Position numbers and translations under genes: made by a program. This document shows, in pieces, positions 47,771 through 57,166 of a stretch of DNA of 64,000 nt. Each line of letters starts with the position of its first letter. Positions within the stretch are counted from its first letter, which is position 1. Where the stretch lies: positions 19,857 through 83,856 of the forward strand of contig JAQVVM010000010.1 of assembly GCA_028698995.1 (NCBI GenBank), in the 5' to 3' direction. Source of the stretch: Bacteroidales bacterium (lineage in GTDB: Bacteria > Bacteroidota > Bacteroidia > Bacteroidales > PXBB01). Under the pieces are notes generated by a model that saw only the letters and a program-made list of their open reading frames with translations, was not told where the DNA came from and made no database searches.

Positions 47771-48289
47771 ATGACTCAACTGCTATTCAATAAAGATATA
47801 TACACTAAGGTCATTCAGGAAAGTATCCCCAAAGCTAAAGAGTTTGTGTGGATTGCCACAGCCGATATTAAAGATATGTATGTATTACAAAATGGCTCCA
47901 TGAGACCTTTTCTGGCAATACTGGCAGATCTTATTTCACGCAGGGTTGAAGTGCGATTGATGCATGCCAAAGAACCCGGACCAAACTTTAGGAAGGATTT
48001 TGATGCATATCCGGTTTTGTTTGGTGGGTTGGAACGTATGCTTTGCCCACGAATACATTTTAAAATTGTTATTGTGGATGGTATAACAGCTTATACAGGC
48101 AGCGCCAACCTTACAGGTGCCGGCATGGGTGCCAAAGGCGACAATAACCGTAATTTTGAAAATGGCATACTGACTAAAGATCCTGCTTTGCTGTCTCAAC
48201 TGTTGGAACAATTTGACAGTGTGTGGCGGGGAGATTTTTGCAGTAAATGCAAAAGGAAAGCGTATTGTGGGGATTGTCCGGTGAAGTAA
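47771..48289 (+). CDS. Single-HKD phospholipase D-superfamily protein (Nuc-like endonuclease) with C-terminal Cys4 cluster
   Basis: HKD motif HFKIVIVDGITAYTGSANLT (H-x-K-x4-D-x6-G-S-x-N). 172 aa with a single HKD copy, as in dimeric Nuc/BfiI-type nucleases. C-terminal CSKCKRKAYCGDC. Confidence 0.75.
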   Translation: MTQLLFNKDIYTKVIQESIPKAKEFVWIATADIKDMYVLQNGSMRPFLAILADLISRRVEVRLMHAKEPGPNFRKDFDAYPVLFGGLERMLCPRIHFKIVIVDGITAYTGSANLTGAGMGAKGDNNRNFENGILTKDPALLSQLLEQFDSVWRGDFCSKCKRKAYCGDCPVK

Positions 48290-48520
48290 TTTCCTAACTT
48301 GTCCGATTTAGTGCGGCAGATTTCAACAATATTTTCTTTAATAAACTGATTTTTCAAGCCTAATTAAAAAATAAATCACCGGACAAGTCAAAGGATTATT
48401 ATGGCAGCAAAGGCTATTGCCGGATATAATAAAAAATAAATGAAGCATTATTAAAAAATTATTGTAAGCTCACAAAATTTATTTTTTTCCCGAATAAAGT
48501 CCTTTTTGTGAATTATCAAA

Positions 48521-50881
48521 CTATTCTACCACAGGAACAATACTATCTGTTGGGATTGGGTTGGTAATGATTAGTTGGGATGAATCCACTAAAGTTGTGT
48601 CGGGTGGTACATAGGTATGGCACTTATAATTCAGTAAAATCGTTTCTTTAGGTTTGGTTGGAAACTTCCCTCGGTAATGTTTGAGTGTTTTGTCGGCCAG
48701 CACTTTCTCCATAAATAAACCGAAAATCGGTAAAGCAGTTCTACTGCCTTGCCCTAATTGTCCGCTTCTGAAATGGATACTTCTGTGTTCACCACCAACC
48801 CATGCACCACCAACAAGTTTTGGCGTAACACCTACAAACCATGCATCGGAATAATTGGATGAAGTTCCTGTTTTACCGCCAAAATTGGTATTATACCTAA
48901 ATAAATCCCAGCCCCACAAAGCTTTTGTTGTGGCTCCCGGTTCAGTCATTCCGCCCTTAAGCATTTCGGTCATTAACCAAGCTGCCTGATAAGGAATAAC
49001 ACGTTTTTGTTCTGATTCGTGTTCATAAATAATGTTCCCTTCTTTATCTTCAATACGTGTAACAATCACCGGATCATGATAAATACCTTCGTTTACAACC
49101 GTACTGTAAGAGTTGACCAATTCCAATAAAGTCACATCAGATGAGCCCAGGCACAGGGAAGGATTATACTCCAAATCAGATTTGATTCCTAATAAATGAG
49201 CATATTTGATAATTTCAGAGATACCTACTTCATATGCTATTTGAACTGCAATTGTATTTATGGAACGTGCAAAAGCATTTTTCAAAGTAACAGGATAACG
49301 CAAAAATTCTCTGTTTGCATTCTGGGGAGTCCATACTCTTGGTTTTCCCCCAATCATGAACCTCCATGCAATAGGTTTATCAATCCGCGTAGCACAGGGA
49401 GAAATACCATTCATAACAGCAGCGGTGTAAACAAAAAGTTTAAAAGTTGAACCTGCCTGTCGTTTAGCCTGTGCTACTTTATCGTATTGCCAGAACTTAA
49501 AACTGATGTCTCCAACCCAAGCACGTATATTACCTGTTTCGGGTTCCAAAGCAACAAAACTCCCATGCAAGAAGCGGTTCATATAACGAATAGAATCCAT
49601 TATGCTTAAAGTAGTATCCTTTTCACCTCTTCTGTAATCAAAAACTTTTATCTTTCGTGGCAAATTGAGATACTTATTTATGGAATCGGTATTATTATCA
49701 AAACTGTCTTTCAGTGCTATGTAAGCATCTGTTTTCTTAGCTAAATCCTCAATAAAATTTGGAATATCCCTATGTTTTTCATCCTGCCAGGGATTTCTAC
49801 CACGCCAATGTTCAAAAAACCTGCTTTGCAATCTTCGCATTTGTTTATTAACGGCTTGTTCAGCATAGATTTGCATGCGGGAGTCAATAGTCACATAGAT
49901 TTTTAATCCATCCGAATAAATATCATAATCATTTTCTTCCTGCCATTTTTCAAGGAATTTGGCTAAATAGGCTTTAAAATATAAAGCATTTCCATCATTT
50001 GATTGTTCAATACGGAAATCTAATTTGAGTGGCAACTCTTTTAGTGAATCACATTCCTGTCTTGTAATAACATGGTGTGTAAAAAGGTTTTCGAGTACCA
50101 CATTACGACGGGATTTCGACTTTTCGGGATTTAATACAGGACTGTAGGTAGTGGTTGCTTTTAACAAGCCTACCAAAGTCGCTGATTGTTCGTAATTAAG
50201 TTCTGCCGGAGTTGTTTGGAAAAAAGTCTTGGCAGCGGTTTTAATCCCGTATGAATTACTCCCGAAATTCACGGTGTTTAAGTACATTGTCAGGATTTCT
50301 TCTTTGCTGTAGAAAATTTCCAGTTTAACAGCAGAGATCCATTCCTTCGTTTTCATTATCAACAGTCTCAAACCTGGTATATAGCCGAATAAGCCTGTAT
50401 AATCATGATTCCGTGTCTCAAACATATTTTTTACCAACTGTTGGGTAATAGTACTTGCACCCCGAGGTTTGCCTTTAGTCATGTCTTTGAAAGCTGCAAG
50501 AACCCCATGAAAATCAATGCCAAAGTGAGAATAAAAGCGTGCATCTTCAGTGCAGATAAGAGTATTAATCAGTTTCGGAGATATTTCTTCATACGAAACC
50601 GGTGTACGGTTCTCGCGGAAATATTTTCCCAACAATTTCCCATCGGCAGTGATAATTTCAGAAGCCACACTCTGTTCAGGCCTATTGATACTGTATAGAC
50701 CGGGTGATCTCCCAAATAGCCATAAAAAATTAATATCAACCAAAAATATGTAAATAAATAAAAGAACTACTCCTGTCAGAAATAAATTGGCAATTTTGCG
50801 ATACCATATCAGTCTACGATATCTTTCAAGACGATACCTCCTCCATATTAAGAACTTCCGCCACCAGAGGTTAATGAGCAT
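48521..50881 (-). CDS. mrcA: Bifunctional penicillin-binding protein 1A (glycosyltransferase 51 + transpeptidase)
   Basis: GT51 motifs EDARFYSHFGID, GASTITQQLVKN, RKxxE-like KTKE. TPase motifs STFK, SIN (SxN), KTGTS. The start is uncertain: ATG at 50881, or a TTG at 51052 adding 57 aa. Confidence 0.88.
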   Translation of the reverse strand: MLINLWWRKFLIWRRYRLERYRRLIWYRKIANLFLTGVVLLFIYIFLVDINFLWLFGRSPGLYSINRPEQSVASEIITADGKLLGKYFRENRTPVSYEEISPKLINTLICTEDARFYSHFGIDFHGVLAAFKDMTKGKPRGASTITQQLVKNMFETRNHDYTGLFGYIPGLRLLIMKTKEWISAVKLEIFYSKEEILTMYLNTVNFGSNSYGIKTAAKTFFQTTPAELNYEQSATLVGLLKATTTYSPVLNPEKSKSRRNVVLENLFTHHVITRQECDSLKELPLKLDFRIEQSNDGNALYFKAYLAKFLEKWQEENDYDIYSDGLKIYVTIDSRMQIYAEQAVNKQMRRLQSRFFEHWRGRNPWQDEKHRDIPNFIEDLAKKTDAYIALKDSFDNNTDSINKYLNLPRKIKVFDYRRGEKDTTLSIMDSIRYMNRFLHGSFVALEPETGNIRAWVGDISFKFWQYDKVAQAKRQAGSTFKLFVYTAAVMNGISPCATRIDKPIAWRFMIGGKPRVWTPQNANREFLRYPVTLKNAFARSINTIAVQIAYEVGISEIIKYAHLLGIKSDLEYNPSLCLGSSDVTLLELVNSYSTVVNEGIYHDPVIVTRIEDKEGNIIYEHESEQKRVIPYQAAWLMTEMLKGGMTEPGATTKALWGWDLFRYNTNFGGKTGTSSNYSDAWFVGVTPKLVGGAWVGGEHRSIHFRSGQLGQGSRTALPIFGLFMEKVLADKTLKHYRGKFPTKPKETILLNYKCHTYVPPDTTLVDSSQLIITNPIPTDSIVPVVE

Positions 50882-51112
50882 CAGTGCAAAAGGCAGGTCT
50901 CTTTTAACAATTTCCTCTAAGTATTTTAACCAAAAAATAAACTTTGACCACCAGAAAACTAAAAATTTTCTAAAAATGGAAATATTTTCTTTTATTTTTT
51001 CCACACTTAATTTTATTTCTTTTGGTAAAACCACTTTTAAAATTTCAGACAAGAAATGAAAAGAAATCTTTACTGCAAAAGTATTCTAAATTATTTTAAA
51101 TTTGTATAAATA

Positions 51113-51694
51113 ATGAAGTTTAAGTTTATGAGGTTTCTCCGATTTCTGCTTGTAATATTAATTGCTCGAACGAATGTTGCAATAAACGCACAGAGCTTTG
51201 ATTCCATTATTGATTTACGAAACAACAAAACATACAAAACTGTTGAAATTGGGCAACAAGTGTGGATGGCAGAGAATCTTAACTTCAGAACAGCAGTAGG
51301 GTCATGGTGTTATGATAACCAAGAAGAGAACTGCACTAAGTACGGTAGGATGTACAACTGGCATGCAGCAAAGATAGCCTGTCCAGAAGGATGGCGACTG
51401 CCAACAAAAAGTGAGATTGAAATTTTGTTCAGTCAAACAGGAGGTAACAGTACCCTAACCTTTAATGCACTAACAGAAGGCGGTAACAGCGGTTTTTCAG
51501 CTTTAAGTGGTGGATGGAGAGGCACATTTGGCAGCTACAACCACAAAGAGATTATTGGATACTGGTGGACATCTTCAACACATACGGAAGAAAATGCATG
51601 GTTTATGGGCATGAGTATTTTTGGACCTGAAGCTTTTAATACCTATGGAAACAGAAAATGGAGTTTATCCGTGCGTTGCATCAAGGAAAGCTGA
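51113..51694 (+). CDS. Secreted stand-alone Fibrobacter succinogenes major paralogous (FISUMP) domain protein
   Basis: Signal peptide. D.RN.KTYKTVEIGQQVWMAENLNF....GSWCYDN.EENCTKYGRMYNWHAA...CPEGWRLPT..E...L...GGNSGFSAL.GG.R....Y...IGYWWTSS...SVRCIK. Confidence 0.75.
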   Translation: MKFKFMRFLRFLLVILIARTNVAINAQSFDSIIDLRNNKTYKTVEIGQQVWMAENLNFRTAVGSWCYDNQEENCTKYGRMYNWHAAKIACPEGWRLPTKSEIEILFSQTGGNSTLTFNALTEGGNSGFSALSGGWRGTFGSYNHKEIIGYWWTSSTHTEENAWFMGMSIFGPEAFNTYGNRKWSLSVRCIKES

Positions 51695-51704
51695 CGCTCA
51701 GCTT
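51688..51704 (+). terminator. Hairpin overlapping the stop codon of the 51113 gene (weak terminator candidate)
   Basis: aagctga-cgc-tcagctt forms a 7-bp stem with a 3-nt loop. The downstream U-run is poor (cattatattt). Confidence 0.35.
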
Positions 51705-51775
51705 CATTATATTTATCAATTAATTACTTACATATTATTTACACAAAAAAATATGTTGCTTATTTTTTACACTGT

Positions 51776-52051
51776 TGTCCGATAAAAATTAATATCAAGA
51801 AAGAAAACCCTGATTAATACTGTTATGTAAAATATGACGCTCCTCTGGAGCTTGCTTTTGTCTTGTTATATTTTTTACAAATATTTTGCTCCTCTGGAGC
51901 AACTTTAATAATTATGTTCTTTTTAAAAATAATGTATGACTTATTGGGAAAGCGTCCCATAATATTTGTAAAAAAATACAATGAGTGATAATTTAGGTGC
52001 AGAGCACCGTAATATTAAACTTAAGTTATGGCTTGTAATTTTTATCGGACA
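51776..52051. repeat. 276-bp non-coding element bounded by 16-bp terminal inverted repeats and packed with short GC-rich hairpins (MITE-like or structured RNA)
   Basis: TIRs TGTCCGATAAAAATTA (51776..51791) and TAATTTTTATCGGACA (52036..52051). An inner imperfect inverted repeat, TATATTTTTTACAAATATT / AATATTTGTAAAAAAATA. Hairpins: GCTCC-TCT-GGAGC twice (51838, 51888), TGGGA-AAGCG-TCCCA (51945), GGTGC-AGA-GCACC (51997). Confidence 0.5.
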
Positions 52052-52213
52052 CGACTTATTTTTTATTAAAATTTAAGTCTTACGGACTATATAAAATTTG
52101 AGATTTGTGTAAATAGTTAACGTGCTCAAAATAATACAAAAGCATAAACAAAAAACACAAACAGAATAAAGTATTTATTATTTGATAAACCAATAACTGG
52201 ATTTTTGAGCATA

Positions 52214-53431
52214 CTAATGGAAAGCAGCCATCAGCAACTCCAGATCCTGATGAGGCATTTTAAAATACTGACCTACAAATCTATTTGTAAGAATGCCAGC
52301 ATACATATATACACCCTGTCTCAGACCGTAATCATATTTAAGGAGGTTTTCAATACCACCATGATCGCTGATACAGAGTAATGTTGGAGCGAAGAAATTA
52401 CTAAGCGCATAGGAAGCAGTTTGGGGTACTCTTGAAGGGATATTCGGGACACAATAATGAGTGATACCATGTTTAACAAAGACCGGATTGCTATGTGTTG
52501 TAATTCTTGAAGTCTCAAAACACCCGCCCCTATCGATACTGACATCTACGATGATAGCACCCGGTTTCATTTCTTTGACAAGGGCCTCAGAAACAACGCA
52601 AGGGGTAATGCCTTCCGGTGCATGTATGGCACCAATAACAACATGAGCTCGTTTCAGTGATTTTGATAGTACTTTGGGCTGGATAATAGATGTAAAAATT
52701 CTTGTATTCAGGTTATTCTGAAGGCGGCGTAAACGGTAAATAGAATTATCGAAGACCTTTACCAGTGCACCAAAACCTAAAGCAACCCTGGCAGCATATT
52801 CACCTACAGTACCCGCCCCAAGTATAACAACCTCGGTAGGCGTTATCCCTGAAAGACCACCCAGCAATAAGCCTTTGCCAAATTTTGTATCTCCCAAATA
52901 CTCAGCAGCAATAAGGACAGAAGCATTACCGGCAATTTCACTCATGGAACGAACTAAAGGCAGAGTTCCTGCTCTGTCTTTGATAAATTCATAAGCCAAA
53001 GCCGTAATTTTTTTACTTGCCAGTTTCTTAAAATATTCTTCATTCTGAACTTGATAATTCAAAACAGAAATGATTGTTTGTCTAGGTTTTAAAAGCTCAA
53101 ACTCCTCAGTTGTTAATGGGGCAACTTTAAGAATAATATCAGCCTTAAAGACATCGGATTTTACGTATTTTATATCTGCTCCGGCTTCAGCATATTCGCT
53201 GTCAGAAAACCTTGCATTATTTCCAGCCTGTGATTCTACCAAGACAATATGACCATTCTGAGTTAACAAGCTTACTGCTTCGGGAGCCAGTGCAATGCGG
53301 TTTTCTTCAAAGGAAGTTTCCTTAGGTACGCCTATACTTAAATTCTTTCTGCCTTCAGCTACTCTCAACATTTCTTCCTGAGGCATCAGATGATTCATAT
53401 GTGATTCACCAAACAGGTTTGAATTTTCCAT
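52214..53431 (-). CDS. ald: Alanine dehydrogenase / NAD(P) transhydrogenase-alpha family (AlaDH/PNT) protein
   Basis: N-terminal IGVPKETSFEENRIALAPEAV. Rossmann VVILGAGTVGEYAA. The ~25-aa N-terminal extension may reflect a later true start (for example M21 at 53371). Confidence 0.75.
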   Translation of the reverse strand: MENSNLFGESHMNHLMPQEEMLRVAEGRKNLSIGVPKETSFEENRIALAPEAVSLLTQNGHIVLVESQAGNNARFSDSEYAEAGADIKYVKSDVFKADIILKVAPLTTEEFELLKPRQTIISVLNYQVQNEEYFKKLASKKITALAYEFIKDRAGTLPLVRSMSEIAGNASVLIAAEYLGDTKFGKGLLLGGLSGITPTEVVILGAGTVGEYAARVALGFGALVKVFDNSIYRLRRLQNNLNTRIFTSIIQPKVLSKSLKRAHVVIGAIHAPEGITPCVVSEALVKEMKPGAIIVDVSIDRGGCFETSRITTHSNPVFVKHGITHYCVPNIPSRVPQTASYALSNFFAPTLLCISDHGGIENLLKYDYGLRQGVYMYAGILTNRFVGQYFKMPHQDLELLMAAFH

Positions 53432-53603
53432 AATTCAATAATTTATGAGGTTTTTACTTACACAAAATTACGATTTTTTTTGCATAAATCGGGGTGATTA
53501 TTTTTTTAATCATAAAAATCATATAATTCAGTTAAAAAACGTATTAACTTGTATAAGGTTTGTTAATTAATAATTCATATTAAAATGAAGATATAAAATT
53601 GCT

Positions 53604-54284
53604 TTACGGGGTTTTATGCTTCCATGTTATTGCTGATCTCGAATAATCTCCGCCCCTGAATCTCCACGCAACTATTTGAGTGGAATCAGTGTTATTAAAG
53701 ACAGCATCTGCTGTGCCATTACTTTTTGTCACATGGTAATTATCCTCAAAATTGTCCCAAATATGCCATTTTTCTTCCCATGATAAATTGAGTTTAAATA
53801 TTCCCGATACATCTTCAAAACTCATCAAATTCTGAGGATTAAATGACTTTTTAATCAGTTCGGTGGTTTTAGATGGGTTATTTTCAAACATTTGAGATAA
53901 CAATTTCTGGCCTTCAGGCCAAAGGTTTAAATCATTCCAATCGTACCAGTAAATCATTGATATTCTGTAATTCATGTCTTCTTCCGGAGTTCTGTCATTT
54001 TTTACAGGGAAACGTGAATATGTAACCCATTCATGAGAACACATGGAAGACTCATCTAAATATGCTGAAAGAAAAATATTATGAGATCCTAGTTTTCCAG
54101 TAATTTTACCCTTTGGGTTGAGTATAGATTTCTCAGATTCAAACGTCTCAGTGAGTCCACATTTATAACAATATCTTTCGGTAGATTGATAATCCCACTT
54201 ATAACTGGTAATTAGAACGCCAATAAAAACTCCGAGAATTAATATCAACAAATTGAAAATAGATTTTTTAACTAATGTGTTCAT
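53604..54284 (-). CDS. Hypothetical membrane-anchored protein
   Basis: N-terminal TM helix IFNLLILILGVFIGVLITSY. No recognisable motif. Confidence 0.45.
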   Translation of the reverse strand: MNTLVKKSIFNLLILILGVFIGVLITSYKWDYQSTERYCYKCGLTETFESEKSILNPKGKITGKLGSHNIFLSAYLDESSMCSHEWVTYSRFPVKNDRTPEEDMNYRISMIYWYDWNDLNLWPEGQKLLSQMFENNPSKTTELIKKSFNPQNLMSFEDVSGIFKLNLSWEEKWHIWDNFEDNYHVTKSNGTADAVFNNTDSTQIVAWRFRGGDYSRSAITWKHKTP

Positions 54285-54361
54285 TGTATAATTATTAAAT
54301 TAAAACTATGCTATTTCTGCTATTTAACTTTTTTTTGAGGGACAGCAGATTCATTATTTCA

Positions 54362-55615
54362 CTAATTTATGTAATATTTTGTATCTACACGAAGCATCCT
54401 GTAATATAAAAAAACAAAGCCAATATTTGCCAAACTTTTAAGAATAACAGTTGAATAAATCAAGCCCCACATACCCCAGTAGTTGATTGAGAAATAATCC
54501 AGAATGAGGTTAAACACACCTACTACAACGATAAAATACATACCCAATCTTGCATGACCTGTTGCAATAGCAACAAGGGGGATTATACTATTAAAAAGCC
54601 CTGAGAAAATCAAAATCAACATAATTGTACTCATGTAAATAAAAGATTCAGTATAGTATTTCTGAAAAAAAGTCTCAAAAATAAAGGGCATAAAAAAATA
54701 TATGCCAACGGAAATCAGGGCACTACTCAGAAAAGAAAACAGGATGATGACTTTCATTCTTTTCCTGACCCAAATATAATTACCATTTTCGTATTGTCTC
54801 GTAAAATCTGGTGAAATGACATGACCAATAACTAAATATGGTATTAACAGTAGGGCAAGAAGCTTACTAATAATTTCATAATAGGCCACTTCGGTAAAAA
54901 AATTATAATGACCCAAAAAAAGGATGTCCACTCGGGTGCTAAAAAACATAAAAACACCAATCAAACCCAATACAAGTGTATATTTGGCTGTATATATCAG
55001 CAAGGCTCTGTTAATGGAAAAATCAATTTTATTAAATCGTATAAGAAAACCACACAGCATCGAAAGATAAAAAATATCCTGAGAAAGAAACGCCCCTTTT
55101 AGACCATAATAGCGGATTAAAAAGTAGAAAAAAACCATTGAAATCAAACCACTAATAAAAGTGATAAGCGATAGTTCTTTAAAACGTTTAGCACCTCTGA
55201 ATAAACCATCAAAGAGAGAAGTCAGTGGAAAAAACAAGATAAATGGATAAAGCCACACAAGATTTGAGAAGTTCTCTTTCGTTAAAAAGCTTCTCCCAAG
55301 AAAAACCGCTGTTCCAACAAGAAGTGCCATTCCAGATATCAAAAGAACAGCGAGACCCGCAAGATTATTAACAGAGAACTTTGAATTAACAGAAAACTCT
55401 GCAGTGAACTTGCTCACAGCCGTTGAAATGCCAAAATCTACAAAAAGACATATTAAAAAAGCAAAAGACAAAACATAATTGTAAATCCCGAAGTCGTCCT
55501 TAAGCAAAAAATAACTGGCAAAATAAAAAATGCTGAAGGTAAAAATATTCCTTGTAATCACTTGTGAAGCGCGCCAGAATAAATTAAGCAAAAAAACTTT
55601 TTCAGGAATTCTCAT
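54362..55615 (-). CDS. Polysaccharide/oligosaccharide flippase (Wzx/MOP superfamily)
   Basis: About 12 predicted TM helices throughout. Downstream of and overlapping a glycosyltransferase gene. The ATG at 55615 lies one codon inside the track TTG. Confidence 0.65.
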   Translation of the reverse strand: MRIPEKVFLLNLFWRASQVITRNIFTFSIFYFASYFLLKDDFGIYNYVLSFAFLICLFVDFGISTAVSKFTAEFSVNSKFSVNNLAGLAVLLISGMALLVGTAVFLGRSFLTKENFSNLVWLYPFILFFPLTSLFDGLFRGAKRFKELSLITFISGLISMVFFYFLIRYYGLKGAFLSQDIFYLSMLCGFLIRFNKIDFSINRALLIYTAKYTLVLGLIGVFMFFSTRVDILFLGHYNFFTEVAYYEIISKLLALLLIPYLVIGHVISPDFTRQYENGNYIWVRKRMKVIILFSFLSSALISVGIYFFMPFIFETFFQKYYTESFIYMSTIMLILIFSGLFNSIIPLVAIATGHARLGMYFIVVVGVFNLILDYFSINYWGMWGLIYSTVILKSLANIGFVFLYYRMLRVDTKYYIN

Positions 55616-56720
55616 CAATAATAGTATTCACGATTTTTAAAAATTTTTGAGTAATCACCTGATAATTATATACTTCTGTAACTTTTTCAAAGCCAATTTT
55701 TGCTAAAACTTCCTTTCGGTTGGGATTGTTTTTTAAAAAAATCAGGTGCTTTACAAAAGCTTCTTTTGATTCAGCAAAAAGCACACACTCCTCCCCTATA
55801 AAAAATACCTCTTTTGTTGGTGTTGCAATAACGGCTTTTCCGGCTGCCCAATAGTCGAACAATTTCACAGGACATGTTGAATCGTTAAGCTTGTTAAGTT
55901 TCAGAGGGATAATTCCACAGAATGAAGACTTAAGGATTTCAGGAATCTTTTCATAAGGAAGATTTCCTTTTACTTCAATGTTATCATATTGCTGTGCTTT
56001 TGATTCAAGTGCTTTATACATCGGGCCTAAACCAAAAATTTGAAGTCTGAGTTCAGGCAGTTCCTTAAAGACTTCAAACATAAGGTCAAAATCATACCAG
56101 TCTCTCAAATTACCTATAAAGATCACTGTATCTTCATTCATGCAGGGTTTAATTTCATTCATAGTTTCAAGAAAACCAACTTCCTTGCCATTGGGAAGAA
56201 GGTGAGTTTTTTTACTTTTTTTTGAAAAAATCTCTAACTGCTGATTGCTGATACTTAAAATTGCCGTTGACATTTTAGTAATGAGGGGTTTGGAAATATA
56301 CTTCCAATAAAAACGACTTAAAGCATTTTGTGGAACATTGTCCCAGTCGTCGCTGACATTAAAAATAAAAGGTTTCCCTATGATATAACAAAACAGACAG
56401 GGCAAAATGCTCATCAGATGATCATAAGAAACAACCACATCGGGTTTATGCCGTACAATCTGCCAGACATTGTTAAAATTTTCGTAAAATAATACTATAA
56501 CAGACTTGGGAAACCATACACGCCGCTCAACAATAGTCAGCTTTTCGGGTTTAAGGTTATTGCTTACATCGGCAAAACGAATATTCTTTTTCCATCTGGT
56601 ATATTTTACAGGATTCAGATAAACTGTTTCATAATTAAGCAGGGACAAAGCTTCAGGAAGGGCTTGATTCTGGAGTTTGTAGAAATTCCAAACAACCGGC
56701 GAAATAAAAAGAAACTTCAT
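55602..56720 (-). CDS. Glycosyltransferase, GT-B fold (family 4/1-like)
   Basis: C-terminal region with an E-x7-E-like motif (STCPVKLFDYWAAGKAVIATP), typical of retaining GT4 enzymes. Confidence 0.65.
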   Translation of the reverse strand: MKFLFISPVVWNFYKLQNQALPEALSLLNYETVYLNPVKYTRWKKNIRFADVSNNLKPEKLTIVERRVWFPKSVIVLFYENFNNVWQIVRHKPDVVVSYDHLMSILPCLFCYIIGKPFIFNVSDDWDNVPQNALSRFYWKYISKPLITKMSTAILSISNQQLEIFSKKSKKTHLLPNGKEVGFLETMNEIKPCMNEDTVIFIGNLRDWYDFDLMFEVFKELPELRLQIFGLGPMYKALESKAQQYDNIEVKGNLPYEKIPEILKSSFCGIIPLKLNKLNDSTCPVKLFDYWAAGKAVIATPTKEVFFIGEECVLFAESKEAFVKHLIFLKNNPNRKEVLAKIGFEKVTEVYNYQVITQKFLKIVNTIIDENS

Positions 56721-56733
56721 CGGAAATTATTAG

Positions 56734-56805
56734 TAGCCCCACCAAGAATCGAACTTGGATCTAAAGTTTAGGAAACTTCCATTCTATCCGTTGAACTATG
56801 GGGCC
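56734..56805 (-). tRNA. tRNA-Arg (anticodon CCU)
   Basis: Hand fold of GGCCCCATAGTTCAACGGATAGAATGGAAGTTTCCTAAACTTTAGATCCAAGTTCGATTCTTGGTGGGGCTA. 7-bp acceptor stem, D arm GTTC/GAAT, anticodon stem GAAGT/ACTTT with loop TTCCTAA, T arm CCAAG-TTCGATT-CTTGG, discriminator A. 72 nt with no encoded CCA. Confidence 0.85.
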
Positions 56806-56814
56806 ATTATTTTG

Positions 56815-56822
56815 CAAATATA
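56815..56822 (-). promoter_or_regulatory. tRNA-Arg promoter -7 box (TATATTTG on the minus strand); identical duplicate at 57176..57183
   Basis: Matches TAnnTTTG, 9 nt upstream of tRNA position +1. It is part of the 52-nt duplicated block. Confidence 0.5.
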
Positions 56823-56833
56823 TTTATAAAATT

Positions 56834-57079
56834 TCAGATGGGAGGCAATTTTTCTTTCAAAAATTCCTTACAGCATCCCGATTTTAAATAAATTTCCCTT
56901 TTTCGTGCATCCTGCAACGTATTAAAGTCTTCAGTGTAAAAAAGAGTCCAAGGCCTGTATCCTTTGGTTGATTTGGTTGTACCTTGGTTATGTTCTTTAA
57001 CTCTTTTTTCAATATTTTTAGTAAGACCTACATAAATTCGTTTATCTACTGAGCTCAAAATAGCATAAACTTTATACAT
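56834..57079 (-). CDS. Small stand-alone GIY-YIG nuclease-domain protein (81 aa)
   Basis: MYKVYAILSSVDKRIYVGLTKNIEKRVKEHNQG...GYRPWTLFYTEDFNTLQDARKREIYLKS carries the GIY-YIG beta-strands (VYAI / IYVG), conserved R and E (KRVKEHN), and a helix with R.E..LK. The track ORF (to 57178) reads through the tRNA fragment, so the ATG at 57079 is preferred. Confidence 0.75.
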   Translation of the reverse strand: MYKVYAILSSVDKRIYVGLTKNIEKRVKEHNQGTTKSTKGYRPWTLFYTEDFNTLQDARKREIYLKSGCCKEFLKEKLPPI

Positions 57080-57105
57080 TGAAAATAATTTAAGATTGTT
57101 TGTGT

Positions 57106-57166
57106 GTTTCAGGAAAATTCCATTCCCTGCTTGCCGGCAGGCAGGTATCCGTTGAACTATGGGGCC
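57106..57166 (-). pseudogene. Displaced 5' fragment of tRNA-Arg(CCU) (positions 1 to ~40), interrupted by a 20-nt GC-rich palindrome, with a duplicated promoter
   Basis: GGCCCCATAGTTCAACGGATA is identical to tRNA positions 1-21. Then comes the insert CCTGCCTGCCGGCAAGCAGG (57126..57145). Then GAATGGAATTTTCCTGAAAC against the tRNA GAATGGAAGTTTCCTAAAC. No T arm or 3' acceptor is present. The 31 nt upstream are also identical to the real tRNA upstream region. Confidence 0.8.

Noticed and set aside
48307-48390. 9-bp inverted repeat ACTTGTCCG / CGGACAAGT after the HKD gene, sharing TTGTCCG with the TIR of the 51776 element (possible second MITE copy)
   Set aside because: The shared core is only 7-8 nt. 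The same octamer also occurs by chance inside a coding region (about 16432). No internal similarity between the two intervals was seen.
56734-57166. Group I intron with a GIY-YIG homing endonuclease inside tRNA-Arg(CCU)
   Set aside because: The downstream tRNA is contiguous and folds completely without an intervening sequence. The GIY-YIG ORF lies upstream of it, between the tRNA and a duplicated 5' fragment. I could not see a group I core (P3-P7) in the ~60 nt available.
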